Positions 25,474 to 34,811 of a stretch of 64,000 bases of DNA are shown piece by piece. Each line of letters starts with the position of its first letter. The first letter of the stretch is position 1. The translations under genes and the position numbers were made by a program. Source of the stretch: a virus; IMG/VR virus record IMGVR_UViG_3300045391_000822, positions 32,001 through 96,000 of that record; one strand, 5' to 3'. The notes beneath the pieces were generated by a model, which saw nothing but the letters and a program-made list of their open reading frames with translations, searched no databases and had not been told where the DNA came from.

Positions 25474-26190
25474 ATGGCTTTGAAAGAGTTATCCATTTCG
25501 GAATTATTGGAACTTCCAGATCATGAACCCCTGTGGGTTCTGAATAATTCCATGAATGCAGTTGGTCGATATACGAGGATTACTCGTCCTTCAGATGTCC
25601 TGATAGATATCCGCAAGCCTATAACAGGGAAGCTTTTCCAGTCCCATGTTATGGATATTGTGAACGCCGTTTCAGACGCAATGGTTTTAGACGATACGGC
25701 AGCTATGAGTCACCGCGATAAGTTTCTTGAACCGATGAAACATGAACTTAGCGTTCAGCTAACGCGGGAGTTGAGACTTGAGAGCACACGGGCTACTACC
25801 ATTGTGGTACCTCATGACTACAGGGGATTCCCTTTTGACTGTGCGGTAGCTCTTCCTCGGCAAGACATCCTTGCTAACGGAAATTTCCGTGCAGCTCTTG
25901 AGAAGAAGCTGGTAATAGGTATTACGACTGAAGACGCAGAATGGTTAATCGCCTATCTGGAAACCTTTTACGAAGGGTTCGAGGAACCAGACCGCCACCG
26001 TGCATTTCAACATCTGTGCATGGGTGTAGAAAAGGACGAAACGAATTTGTCGAATACGTTGACCGTATGTCCTGTTGATCGTATTCGAGACATATTCGAC
26101 AACCGTGATCGAGAACTTGCGCGTCGGCGTGCATTGGCAGCACGTCCCTGGTACGTTAAGTTGTACTCATGGATCCGTGGAGGTGAGTAA
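25474..26190 (+). CDS. hypothetical protein, tandem paralog A
   Basis: LS..E...PLWVLNN...DVLIDIR...F..ALE...VIGI shared with the next ORF. Confidence 0.7.
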   Translation: MALKELSISELLELPDHEPLWVLNNSMNAVGRYTRITRPSDVLIDIRKPITGKLFQSHVMDIVNAVSDAMVLDDTAAMSHRDKFLEPMKHELSVQLTRELRLESTRATTIVVPHDYRGFPFDCAVALPRQDILANGNFRAALEKKLVIGITTEDAEWLIAYLETFYEGFEEPDRHRAFQHLCMGVEKDETNLSNTLTVCPVDRIRDIFDNRDRELARRRALAARPWYVKLYSWIRGGE

Positions 26191-26987
26191 TGTACGAGAA
26201 CTCACTTTCTCTTGAAGAGATCAAGAATGGTAAAGGACCTCTGTGGGTGCTGAATAATACTAAGGCTGGAGGCGTAACCAGCCTTGGTGAAGTATTGGTA
26301 GAGATACGTACCAAGATTGCCAAGGTCAAGAGCAGCAAGCAACACGAAATTCATGATCTAGAAAATTGGATGAGATCACGTACCATAGGTGCGCCATTGA
26401 AATCGGCACAACCGATTGAAGAATTCTCTGTAGAGCATCTTCAATTACCAGCGACGTGGCTACCTATGTGCGTTACCAATGAATTTTCTCGCAAAGTTCT
26501 TCTGGAGTCAGAAGGATTTATTCACGCGCTAGAAGAAGGTATCTTGGTAGCTATCTCAGAAAAACTAGCATTGCGCTTGCTAGAAAATGAAGCAGCTCCT
26601 GAAGAGTTAGCACGGTTAGATAAGCAACGCGATGCACGAAGGTTTGTGGAAACAACGCAATTGGAGCTGGTACCATCAGGTTACGATATAGATCCAATGC
26701 TCAGTATCTGGCAGGAGCAGCTGATACAGTTTGTAGAGCCTAGCGTAGAAGGTGAAGGATATTTTCCACCTCCAATATTTGGAGAAAGCAAACCTCTGTC
26801 CAGTAATCCTGCCCGGATTGTGAGTAATAGTGACCTTGATACGTGTTGGGATATGTACGAAGGATGTTCTCGGGCAATCATTGATCCAGATATCTACCCA
26901 GATCAAAAACCTGAAATAGTTCCGACAGCAAAACCAAAAGAAAAATGGTTTTCATGGATCATAAGTGTACTCTTTGGACGTAAATAA
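26190..26987 (+). CDS. hypothetical protein, tandem paralog B
   Basis: PLWVLNN...EVLVEIR...F..ALE.GILVAI. Confidence 0.7.
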   Translation: MYENSLSLEEIKNGKGPLWVLNNTKAGGVTSLGEVLVEIRTKIAKVKSSKQHEIHDLENWMRSRTIGAPLKSAQPIEEFSVEHLQLPATWLPMCVTNEFSRKVLLESEGFIHALEEGILVAISEKLALRLLENEAAPEELARLDKQRDARRFVETTQLELVPSGYDIDPMLSIWQEQLIQFVEPSVEGEGYFPPPIFGESKPLSSNPARIVSNSDLDTCWDMYEGCSRAIIDPDIYPDQKPEIVPTAKPKEKWFSWIISVLFGRK

Positions 26988-27010
26988 GTAAGAGTGCAAT
27001 TTGATAGGAC

Positions 27011-27086
27011 GCTAGAGTGGCTCAGCGGCAACAGCACTCGCCTTGTAAGCGAGCAATCGTGGGTTCGAGTCCCACCTCTAGCACCA
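27011..27086 (+). tRNA. tRNA-Thr(UGU)
   Basis: Loop CTTGTAA, ACCA end, CGTAAATA motif upstream. Confidence 0.94.
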
Positions 27087-27108
27087 GCCCTAGCAATAAG
27101 GAAGATCC

Positions 27109-27369
27109 ATGGGAAGTATCATAGTCACTATCAAGGACTTGAAGATTGCGCTAAAGAATACAGCGAAGCGTGGTCGTGTTGTTGAACATACGCCAGGCCT
27201 ATTACTAATCAGCGTACCAAAAAGTAAGTTGGTAGAAGTAGAAGAGTATCTTAGGATGCATCTGCCTTACAGCGTCAGATTCGACCTCAAGCCTCTGAAG
27301 ATTTGGGATACGTTTTTCCTGTGGACAGTTAAGCATCGCAACATATCCACTTTCGGAGAAACGTTTTGA
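27109..27369 (+). CDS. hypothetical protein, paralog of 6111..6350
   Basis: Shared E.TPG...VP motif. Confidence 0.6.
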   Translation: MGSIIVTIKDLKIALKNTAKRGRVVEHTPGLLLISVPKSKLVEVEEYLRMHLPYSVRFDLKPLKIWDTFFLWTVKHRNISTFGETF

Positions 27370-27815
27370 ATCCTAAAACAAAGTTAACGCCTGAGTTAAT
27401 TGAGGACATGGTGGAGTCATTCACCTGGACGCTATTACCTAGTGGTAAGTCTATGGTGTGTGAAGCCATATTGAATAATGGTCACGCTGTTCATGGCATC
27501 GCAAGTGTTACCGATCCAGAAAACTTCAATGAAGAAATAGGAAAGGTAATCAGTAAGAAACGGTGTTTAGACGCTGTAGGTAATTTTGCTGCATATGAAA
27601 TGCACTCCAAGATTCGTCGAATTAAGATTGGCTTCGAGCCCAACACACTCGGTCTAAAACTAGAAAAATTACCATGCCAAAATGGATCTGTAGATTGTTT
27701 GGTCACAAATGGTACGGAGTCCCTTCGTGGGAGACCTGGCCTACCTACCGATATAGATGTGAACGCTGCTATTGTAGTAGAGTCGACGTCAACTAGTTCC
27801 AAGGATGTAGAATGA
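27366..27815 (+). CDS. N4 gp49/Sf6 gp66-family protein (possible Acb4-like nucleotide sponge)
   Basis: LTPELIE...VC...LNNG..V.G.A...DPENFNEEIGK.I pattern. Confidence 0.7.
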   Translation: MNPKTKLTPELIEDMVESFTWTLLPSGKSMVCEAILNNGHAVHGIASVTDPENFNEEIGKVISKKRCLDAVGNFAAYEMHSKIRRIKIGFEPNTLGLKLEKLPCQNGSVDCLVTNGTESLRGRPGLPTDIDVNAAIVVESTSTSSKDVE

Positions 27816-28151
27816 GCATGAACATGGGTTACCTACGTAGCATCCGATCGATGCGTGCGGAAGTAGGAAACAAGTTGCTCCAAGGTTTAGTTCAGACAGC
27901 TCTAGAGCAGGTAGTTATTCCTGAAGGCTGGGTCATGCAACGTAACCCGTCATCAGTAATGTATGCAAATCGACAACATCGATTACCCCATATAAAGGCA
28001 TACTACGATAAATATCGCGTTGATGTTGATGTAGGCAGAGGCTGTGATGTGAAGAGTACGCGGCAAGAGTTTGATTCCGCAGAAGAGATGGCGAAATACG
28101 TACAATCGCAAATCTGGTCTTTTGCTCAGTAATGAATTCCTTTAGTCCAAG

Positions 28152-28190
28152 AAGAAGGCCCTGTAGACTCAACATCTACAGGGCCTTCTT
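28152..28190. terminator. bidirectional terminator between convergent transcription units
   Basis: AAGAAGGCCCTGTAGA-loop-TCTACAGGGCCTTCTT at the +/- strand junction. Confidence 0.8.
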
Positions 28191-28205
28191 GCGTTTTCGC
28201 CAGAA

Positions 28206-28970
28206 TTACATCGAGGCTGATTCGTTCGTGTATTTCACAAATGCGTCAGCGTAGGGCTTGTCATAGGAATACAGAGTGCGCCAGTATTCTGCGGCCTGCG
28301 CTACTTCACCAGAAGTTTGAACACGAGCCATCACCGCCTTGTGAATTTCCTTGTCGATGCTGACAGGAGTAAGGCTAGCGATTAGTTGGTTCGGAACAAC
28401 CACTGGACGTTGAGTAGCCATCGACATGATTTCGCACTTGGTATTGGAAGTGCGAGTCACGAAGCCGTAGTCCATGTTGCCATCAAGTCCGCAGTAGGCT
28501 GCGAATTCACCACGACCTGCCTTGGCAATAGTGATACGCGACAGCTTCGGAACGTCGGTACGCTGAAAGTTAGTGGTCGCCTCAATCAGCTCAGCGAGAT
28601 TCTCGTTTCCATGACGTGCCAGGTATTTTCCGCCAGGGCCGTCTTTAACTTCCCAGAGCGTACGGTCTTTGTTGTCCATCAAGATGTTGTTGGACATAAC
28701 CTTGTACTGGACACGAGCCATAACTTGGCCAGTCTTAGGATCCTTGGCTTCATTCAGTTCGCGGATTTCACGGTTCGCGCGAACGAAACCAACAGCGGTA
28801 TCCTTGGTGAGGCTGCGGAATGAATTCTCCACAGGCGTAGCCAGATACTTCATCTGTTCCGTCAACATGCCGGCCATGGTTTCGGTGCTCATTTCACCAG
28901 TCCATGCGACAATAACGCGAGCCAACGTGGGGGTAACAAGCTTGTGATCGGTAATGGTAATAGTTTGCAT
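28206..28970 (-). CDS. putative virion structural protein
   Basis: 254-aa ORF with RBS, downstream of the tail tube gene. Confidence 0.6.
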   Translation of the reverse strand: MQTITITDHKLVTPTLARVIVAWTGEMSTETMAGMLTEQMKYLATPVENSFRSLTKDTAVGFVRANREIRELNEAKDPKTGQVMARVQYKVMSNNILMDNKDRTLWEVKDGPGGKYLARHGNENLAELIEATTNFQRTDVPKLSRITIAKAGRGEFAAYCGLDGNMDYGFVTRTSNTKCEIMSMATQRPVVVPNQLIASLTPVSIDKEIHKAVMARVQTSGEVAQAAEYWRTLYSYDKPYADAFVKYTNESASM

Positions 28971-29078
28971 GATATCCTCGATTCGATTGGGAACCTCAAA
29001 CGGTAGCGAATCTCTTTTAGAGAAAGGCCCTGCTAAGAAGCAGGTGCCGTGTACGCCATTAAATTAACGGGCGTGGAC

Positions 29079-29402
29079 TTATCCTTGTGCTGGACTGACT
29101 ACAATGGTTCCTTCAGGGCGACTAACAAAAACCTGAATCCCTTCTCCTACAAAGTACGCGCCACCTCCATTACTCTTTTTGTCAAAAGAAATATTCATCT
29201 TCTTGAGACAGTCACCCAAGGCGGATAGTTTGGCATCAAAAGTTTTACCTGGTACCCGTGAAAGATAGATAGAAGCTGCATAATCAGGGGAACTACTGGA
29301 AAACTGAGTACCAAAAGCGTCCTTTATTGCACGGGCTACGGAGCGGACATCTGTAGATGCTCGGATGGCAGTTGAAGATAGGATACGTTCTGCAAAATTC
29401 AT
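29079..29402 (-). CDS. hypothetical (possible internal virion) protein
   Basis: RBS AGGAG; in the structural operon. Confidence 0.55.
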   Translation of the reverse strand: MNFAERILSSTAIRASTDVRSVARAIKDAFGTQFSSSSPDYAASIYLSRVPGKTFDAKLSALGDCLKKMNISFDKKSNGGGAYFVGEGIQVFVSRPEGTIVVSPAQG

Positions 29403-29417
29403 AATTGTCTACTCCTT

Positions 29418-29924
29418 TTATACGGTTTGCCAATCGGTATATCGGAAACTAACTTGAAGATGAACCGCACCGTTCTGTGAACCGTCCAGCTGAACTTCTT
29501 GCATGTTTTCTGGCCACATGTTGTTGATCTGCGTGGTCGCGACAACAGTTGGAATATCATCATAGGTAACAGCTTGTGCGGTAACCCAATATCCAGTGCT
29601 GAACGAACCAGAATTATTACGCCAGGAACGAGCTGACTCAATCCAGCGACGAAACTTCTCTCGTGTACTCCAGTCATGCGTTTCCAAGAACGTTACGTTC
29701 AAGGTCTGCGTGAACATACGACGACCAGCATACGGGATCTGTACACCGTGTAATGCAACGTCGACAGGTTCAAGTTGCGTACCAGGAAGGTCCATGGACT
29801 GGCATTTGAACGTCAGGTCGCGAGTATCAGACGATCCAGGAATCACAGGAAGGAACAGGTCGAAGTTCCAAATGTGCGCTGGGTCGCCAACACTCAGGGT
29901 ATCTTGAAGGCTTGAACGAGCCAT
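29418..29924 (-). CDS. tail tube protein (T4 gp19-like)
   Basis: 168 aa; S.DLPG, YAGRR.F..LNVTF.E, W, WP..M..V.LD and F.Y motifs; downstream of the sheath gene. Confidence 0.85.
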   Translation of the reverse strand: MARSSLQDTLSVGDPAHIWNFDLFLPVIPGSSDTRDLTFKCQSMDLPGTQLEPVDVALHGVQIPYAGRRMFTQTLNVTFLETHDWSTREKFRRWIESARSWRNNSGSFSTGYWVTAQAVTYDDIPTVVATTQINNMWPENMQEVQLDGSQNGAVHLQVSFRYTDWQTV

Positions 29925-29943
29925 GATGTGCTCCTGTGTTGAA

Positions 29944-31155
29944 CTAGAACATGCTGTCTATAAGCTTGAGCTTTCTACCGGCAGGTATTATGTACAAGCC
30001 GAATTTCTTACTCAGGTATTGACCGTTTGGGGTTTTCACGAAGCTGAGCTTTTCCAGTTCTTCACACACATCGTCGACACCCTTATCGAGTTCGCATGTT
30101 AAGCAAAGGCTGAGCGTACCAGGAACTAGAGATTCTAGGCCTACGTCTGCTCCGTGAGCAATGAAATGTTCCATTTGGTTAAGCACTTGAAATTTCTGTA
30201 AGCTCTTACCCAGGAACGTAATTACTGTACCGAATCCGGAAGTGGGTTCGCGCACCACTATCGGGAACTCGCCGTTGATCGACATAAAAGCAGCATCGCG
30301 TAGAGTACGTGATAGCCGCCATCCATTTCGCATGATATCGAATTGCCGGTAACCAATTCGAGAAACATCGGACACTACATCACGAACATCGCCAGAACAG
30401 GAAACAGCGTTATCGATATCATTGCGTTTGTAGTCGAACTGTGAAGATCGGTTAAGCTTATCGACGAGCGTATCACTCATCTCACGTGCTTCGTGCCTGT
30501 CTGCGAATGTTTTTGCACTCACCGCACCTGCCATCTCAGGCATCTTCATTTTTGCTTCCTTCTTGAATTTCTCTGTAGACCATCCGCTACCTAGAAGAAC
30601 CAATCGATAACTGGAAAGTCCCTGTTCACGCGGACTTACGTCTTGACCGAGATAGGTAGTATCATAGTCGGTATATTCAATCCAGAACCAATCCCAACGA
30701 TGAGTTAACTTCCACCAAAGTGCGTTAGCAGATGAGCTCTGTTCACCCCCAGACACCAAGCAAACTCCATTACGCAATACCATATCGTACATGGAATAGG
30801 CATAGCCCTGGCCACGGTAAACATTACGAAACATCGTATGGGGCTCTAGCACCTTCTTACCTAAACCAGATGGTTGAAGATCTAGCTTACCTGCTATGAT
30901 TTCCTCGTCAACGTCGTAAAGATATGCAGTAGCCCCATAGCCGTCTTGAGAGGTTAAGATGACTAGGTTAGATTCATCGGTATGTATCGCATGACGTAAT
31001 AGGTCATTGAACATCTGATGAGAGTGCATCCTGGTAAGGTCCTCGTCAAGACGTTTGTTAACCTGTGAATCAGAAATCTTCACAGATAACTTTATTGCCT
31101 CCAGAGGACCTTCCTTGTGGTCTGCTAGACGTCGTTTCTTATCGATGTCTCGCAT
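29944..31155 (-). CDS. hypothetical protein with a GNAT-like acetyl-CoA motif
   Basis: YRGQGYAYSMY...QS..ANALW resembles GNAT motifs A and B. Confidence 0.55.
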   Translation of the reverse strand: MRDIDKKRRLADHKEGPLEAIKLSVKISDSQVNKRLDEDLTRMHSHQMFNDLLRHAIHTDESNLVILTSQDGYGATAYLYDVDEEIIAGKLDLQPSGLGKKVLEPHTMFRNVYRGQGYAYSMYDMVLRNGVCLVSGGEQSSSANALWWKLTHRWDWFWIEYTDYDTTYLGQDVSPREQGLSSYRLVLLGSGWSTEKFKKEAKMKMPEMAGAVSAKTFADRHEAREMSDTLVDKLNRSSQFDYKRNDIDNAVSCSGDVRDVVSDVSRIGYRQFDIMRNGWRLSRTLRDAAFMSINGEFPIVVREPTSGFGTVITFLGKSLQKFQVLNQMEHFIAHGADVGLESLVPGTLSLCLTCELDKGVDDVCEELEKLSFVKTPNGQYLSKKFGLYIIPAGRKLKLIDSMF

Positions 31156-31187
31156 AATCAGCCTCGCTAGATTTTGTCTCTTCTACC

Positions 31188-31216
31188 AAGTGGGTGGAGG
31201 ATTCCTCCACCCACTT
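31188..31216 (-). terminator. stem-loop after the tail sheath gene
   Basis: AAGTGGGTGGAGG-ATT-CCTCCACCCACTT. Confidence 0.6.
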
Positions 31217-31219
31217 AGG

Positions 31220-33181
31220 TTAACCGCCGTAGAGCTGAGTGACCGTTTCTTGGAACGACACACCTTGCTTGCTGATTACGACGTCGATTTGCAGTTCATG
31301 AACAGGAATCACAGGAATCAGGATAACCGTGCAACGCAGAACGCCGCTGTTTGCATCAGCAGCACTGTTGTTACTAGCATCCGCGATCACGCTGTAGCTG
31401 TTCAGGGCACGTGCATTCTGGAGGGTGTCCAGATAATCGCTGAACGATCGAACCATCTGACGACGCGTGAAGTCATCATTCGGTTCCTGTAGAACGTAGA
31501 GACCGAATTGGTACAGGGATACCTTGATGACGTTCACGATACGGCGAACAGACAACCACGATAATGCGCTGGCTTTCGCCTGCATCGTCTGTTGTTCCCA
31601 CAGTGCAATGCCTTGGCCAACGAACGTACGGGTGTAGTTCACCTGGGCCTTGAACATAGCACTCGCTTCGCCGTCATCGTAGGAGAAGCGTGTCTTCAAC
31701 ACGTTCACTAGACCACGATTCAGGCCAGCGATAGAGAACGACGGGTTCGCTACACGATCAGTACGAGCACACAATGCAGCAGCCCATCCGGAGAATGGGA
31801 CATACTGTTGCTTGCCGTTGATGTTGTCCGATTCCAACATGTCCGGGCAGAACAATGCAGAATACGAGCTGTTCAGGTTCAACGTCAGATTGCGATAGTT
31901 AATCGCTTGCTGGAATTGTTGGCTGTTCGAAGGAACGTCCAACAGTGCTACCGCGTCACCACGGGACTGTGCAAGCGAATCCATAGCTTGCTGAACCGTA
32001 GGATCAGAATGGCCACCGTTGATTAGAACGTTAACACCATACAGTTCTTTGTTAGAGAACACCGACCAGGCATTAGCGATGTCGAATGACGTAGGTGCAG
32101 TACCGGAATCACCGCCGTCCATAGCCTTCTGCGCAACTGAGTCGATAGTGATAGTATCAGGCGCAGGCAACGCAGGTACGTTCGATTTAACCTGGATGTA
32201 ATTTGAGAACGGGTTAATACGTTCTTCCAACTCGGTGGCAACACCGTTGTCGTCGGTAGCATCTTGCAGCGTGCAGGTGAATTGCTCCACCGGGAAATTC
32301 GCGCTCTGCGTCAGATCAAAAACGTTAACGATGAAGTCCAGAACCGGTGCTGGCAAATCAGCAGGATCGGTGATTGGCAGACGCGTAGCGTTAGGTACAA
32401 CACCGCCAGTATCAACAAACGTTACCGTCGATTGATTGGTCTGACCAACTTGCGTGATGAAGCCATAACCGGAACCTGTTATTCGACCGTAGACAGCGTA
32501 GCCAATGGCTTGCGGATCTTGAGGCCACGTTAAGGTGATCGTGTTAGGCGTACCCGTGCCAGAGGCAATCACGATGGTCGACGTAGGCGACGGCATAGTT
32601 TCGCCATTCGGCCCGATCGAGGCGACTTGATAGTTGTAGGTACCAGCAGCGAGAGTACCAGTATTGGTAACTGATGAAGCAGTACTCAACGAAGCAGGTG
32701 CCAACAGGTTTTGACTAGTGATCGAAATAGCCAAGTTGTCTGCGTAACTACCAGGACCCTTGTTTCCGTAGAATAGCGCAATCGGAACATCAGTACCACC
32801 AGGAACCAACGAATCAAAATCAGGTTGGGTTGGATCCGCAACACCAGCCGACGTAGGATTCAGGTGCGTAACGCCATTAACGTCTGCGTAGAGGCAAACG
32901 CCAGAATAAAGAGCACCAGGGCCGACCACTCGGAGGGCCCACATATCATTGCCTTCTCGGAAGAAATCGAGACCGCAATAAACATCGAAAGACACAGCAG
33001 CATTAGGTATGCCGTAGTGCCCCATGTAGTCCTGCGCGTTTGTCCAACGACGTGGGTCAGTACTACCTTGAGTACTGACAATAACCTGTGCAGCAGTTGA
33101 CGAACTGTTGGAGGTTACTACCTGAGACAGATCAATTTCGTTGATGCGAACGTCGGAGGCGCGTGGGGTGTAGATAGCCAT
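31220..33181 (-). CDS. contractile tail sheath protein
   Basis: 653 aa; V.INEIDLS, GGDSG, RGDAVALLDVP, SSYSALF.P, VPFSG, AGLNRG, WEQQT, LSVRR, EPND..TR. Confidence 0.93.
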   Translation of the reverse strand: MAIYTPRASDVRINEIDLSQVVTSNSSSTAAQVIVSTQGSTDPRRWTNAQDYMGHYGIPNAAVSFDVYCGLDFFREGNDMWALRVVGPGALYSGVCLYADVNGVTHLNPTSAGVADPTQPDFDSLVPGGTDVPIALFYGNKGPGSYADNLAISITSQNLLAPASLSTASSVTNTGTLAAGTYNYQVASIGPNGETMPSPTSTIVIASGTGTPNTITLTWPQDPQAIGYAVYGRITGSGYGFITQVGQTNQSTVTFVDTGGVVPNATRLPITDPADLPAPVLDFIVNVFDLTQSANFPVEQFTCTLQDATDDNGVATELEERINPFSNYIQVKSNVPALPAPDTITIDSVAQKAMDGGDSGTAPTSFDIANAWSVFSNKELYGVNVLINGGHSDPTVQQAMDSLAQSRGDAVALLDVPSNSQQFQQAINYRNLTLNLNSSYSALFCPDMLESDNINGKQQYVPFSGWAAALCARTDRVANPSFSIAGLNRGLVNVLKTRFSYDDGEASAMFKAQVNYTRTFVGQGIALWEQQTMQAKASALSWLSVRRIVNVIKVSLYQFGLYVLQEPNDDFTRRQMVRSFSDYLDTLQNARALNSYSVIADASNNSAADANSGVLRCTVILIPVIPVHELQIDVVISKQGVSFQETVTQLYGG

Positions 33182-33183
33182 GC

Positions 33184-33465
33184 TTATTCTCCTTGCTTGC
33201 CGGCGTCAGCGTCCTTAACCTGAACTGCAACCTCAGGATTAGCTGGGGCTGCTTCAGGTACAGGCGCAGGATTTTGCTTGGCAGGAGGCGGGTTATCGAA
33301 GATCTTGAGAACGCGGGGGTTCAGCGCAATCCAATTGGGGCACACCACTTGGCCTTGAGCCAAATCGATACGCGACCGAGGCATAATGCGTACTGAAGTT
33401 TTGCGCCCGTCAGGAAGATTAACCGCGACCTGCTGCGCAATGGTAGACAGGTTCACTACTTTCAT
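33184..33465 (-). CDS. small structural-operon protein
   Basis: 93 aa, directly upstream of the sheath gene. Confidence 0.65.
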   Translation of the reverse strand: MKVVNLSTIAQQVAVNLPDGRKTSVRIMPRSRIDLAQGQVVCPNWIALNPRVLKIFDNPPPAKQNPAPVPEAAPANPEVAVQVKDADAGKQGE

Positions 33466-34145
33466 TTTGAGCTCCTTGGGAATTGCCAGAACTGGGGTGT
33501 AGGCGCCGGCTTCTTATCACTTGGTGGTGGACTATCGACCTGAGTGTTGGTATGTATTTCATTCACTATACCTTGCGTACCTAGCATAGGCTCACTAACA
33601 TAACCATGAAAGGTACATACTCCAGGGATCACATAGTGTGATTGAGACTCTACCAGGTTATTGCGATCTGGTAAGGTAACACTCTCGTCCATCGTGACAC
33701 CAACGCTAAGAGCCAGCCGTCCGTAGTCTACATTAAATTTGAGCATCCCGAGCCGACGGGCGAACAACCAGCGACGTGCAAAAGCAACCGCGGACTTCTC
33801 GTGATGCAGATCAAACTGATCTGTGTAGTATTCAACATCCACAGTCAAGTTTGCAGGCAGGACACGTACTGTATACGCCTGTTGTTGATCATCAGCGATG
33901 ATTGCTTGAAGACCACGACGTCCCATCATGTTAGTTGAATAGCTATCCGTATTCGGTGAAAGACTAGCTATACGAAGAAACATGTAGGGATACTTCAAAC
34001 TCCTACCACCCAATATCGTTTCTAGTGCGCGTGCCTTCTCGTAAGCGTTCACTATCTTGGTCAGGCAACCAAACGTCTCGTAGAAGCGTTGTTCGATTCC
34101 CTCGAGTACATGGTCCTCGATAGGACGTATTGCATTGACGGCCAT
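33462..34145 (-). CDS. putative tail completion/terminator or neck protein
   Basis: Position between capsid and sheath genes; YPYMFL beta-rich pattern. Confidence 0.55.
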   Translation of the reverse strand: MAVNAIRPIEDHVLEGIEQRFYETFGCLTKIVNAYEKARALETILGGRSLKYPYMFLRIASLSPNTDSYSTNMMGRRGLQAIIADDQQQAYTVRVLPANLTVDVEYYTDQFDLHHEKSAVAFARRWLFARRLGMLKFNVDYGRLALSVGVTMDESVTLPDRNNLVESQSHYVIPGVCTFHGYVSEPMLGTQGIVNEIHTNTQVDSPPPSDKKPAPTPQFWQFPRSSK

Positions 34146-34166
34146 GATGAAATCCTACGGGAAATG

Positions 34167-34216
34167 AAAAAGGCCCGAGCGGCACCAAGTGTTCCTGGTA
34201 ACCAGCTCGGGCCTTT
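34167..34216 (-). terminator. rho-independent terminator
   Basis: AAAGGCCCGAGC...GCTCGGGCCTTT with a T tract on the minus strand. Confidence 0.65.
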
Positions 34217-34235
34217 GGGGCACTGCACGGGGCGC

Positions 34236-34748
34236 TTACTTCTTGGCAGGAGCGGCCTTCTTGGCGTTGCTCGAGAACTTCGCCAGCACCGCTGCAAACG
34301 CAGCAGCTTGGGTACGAGCATTAACCGGTTTGGCTGAAGCTTCTTCAACTTCATCCTCGGCGTCTTCTACCTCGTCTTCAGCATCTTCAACGTCGTCTTC
34401 CGCGTCGTCGATGTCCTCGTCAGCATCTTCTGCAAACGGGTTGCCGTCTTCTGAAGCAGCAAGCTTCTTCAGAACAGCCAGCGTAGCGTCGTCGGTCTTC
34501 TCAAAAGATTCCGATGCCTTCACCTTAGCTTTAGAAGCTTGGGTTTTAGCAGGAGCTTTCTTCGTAGTCGTCTTCGACGCTTCGGTCTTGAGGGCGTGTT
34601 CGTTGGTCGCCTGGATCATGCGCATTGCCTTGTCCGCAGAGCTGTCTTTAACAGCACCCATGAACAGGACACCGGCGTTGACCAGGTTACCCTTTTTGGA
34701 TTCCTGAATCGCGAGAGCGACCAGATCCAGCGAGAGATTGTAGGCCAT
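34236..34748 (-). CDS. acidic/Ala-rich head-associated protein
   Basis: Repeated DAEDDVE heptads; directly downstream of the capsid gene. Confidence 0.65.
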   Translation of the reverse strand: MAYNLSLDLVALAIQESKKGNLVNAGVLFMGAVKDSSADKAMRMIQATNEHALKTEASKTTTKKAPAKTQASKAKVKASESFEKTDDATLAVLKKLAASEDGNPFAEDADEDIDDAEDDVEDAEDEVEDAEDEVEEASAKPVNARTQAAAFAAVLAKFSSNAKKAAPAKK

Positions 34749-34776
34749 ATCGATTCCTTTGTGGTTAGTTGCAAGG

Positions 34777-34803
34777 TTGGGGCTAGTTGCTACTAGCCCC
34801 CAA
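34777..34803 (-). terminator. stem-loop after the major capsid gene
   Basis: TTGGGGCTAGT-TGCT-ACTAGCCCC. Confidence 0.55.
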
Positions 34804-34811
34804 GCGCCTTA

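Noticed and set aside
34340-34430. Tandem DNA repeat in the 170-aa gene
   Set aside because: It is only a degenerate coding repeat of acidic heptads (DAEDDVE).
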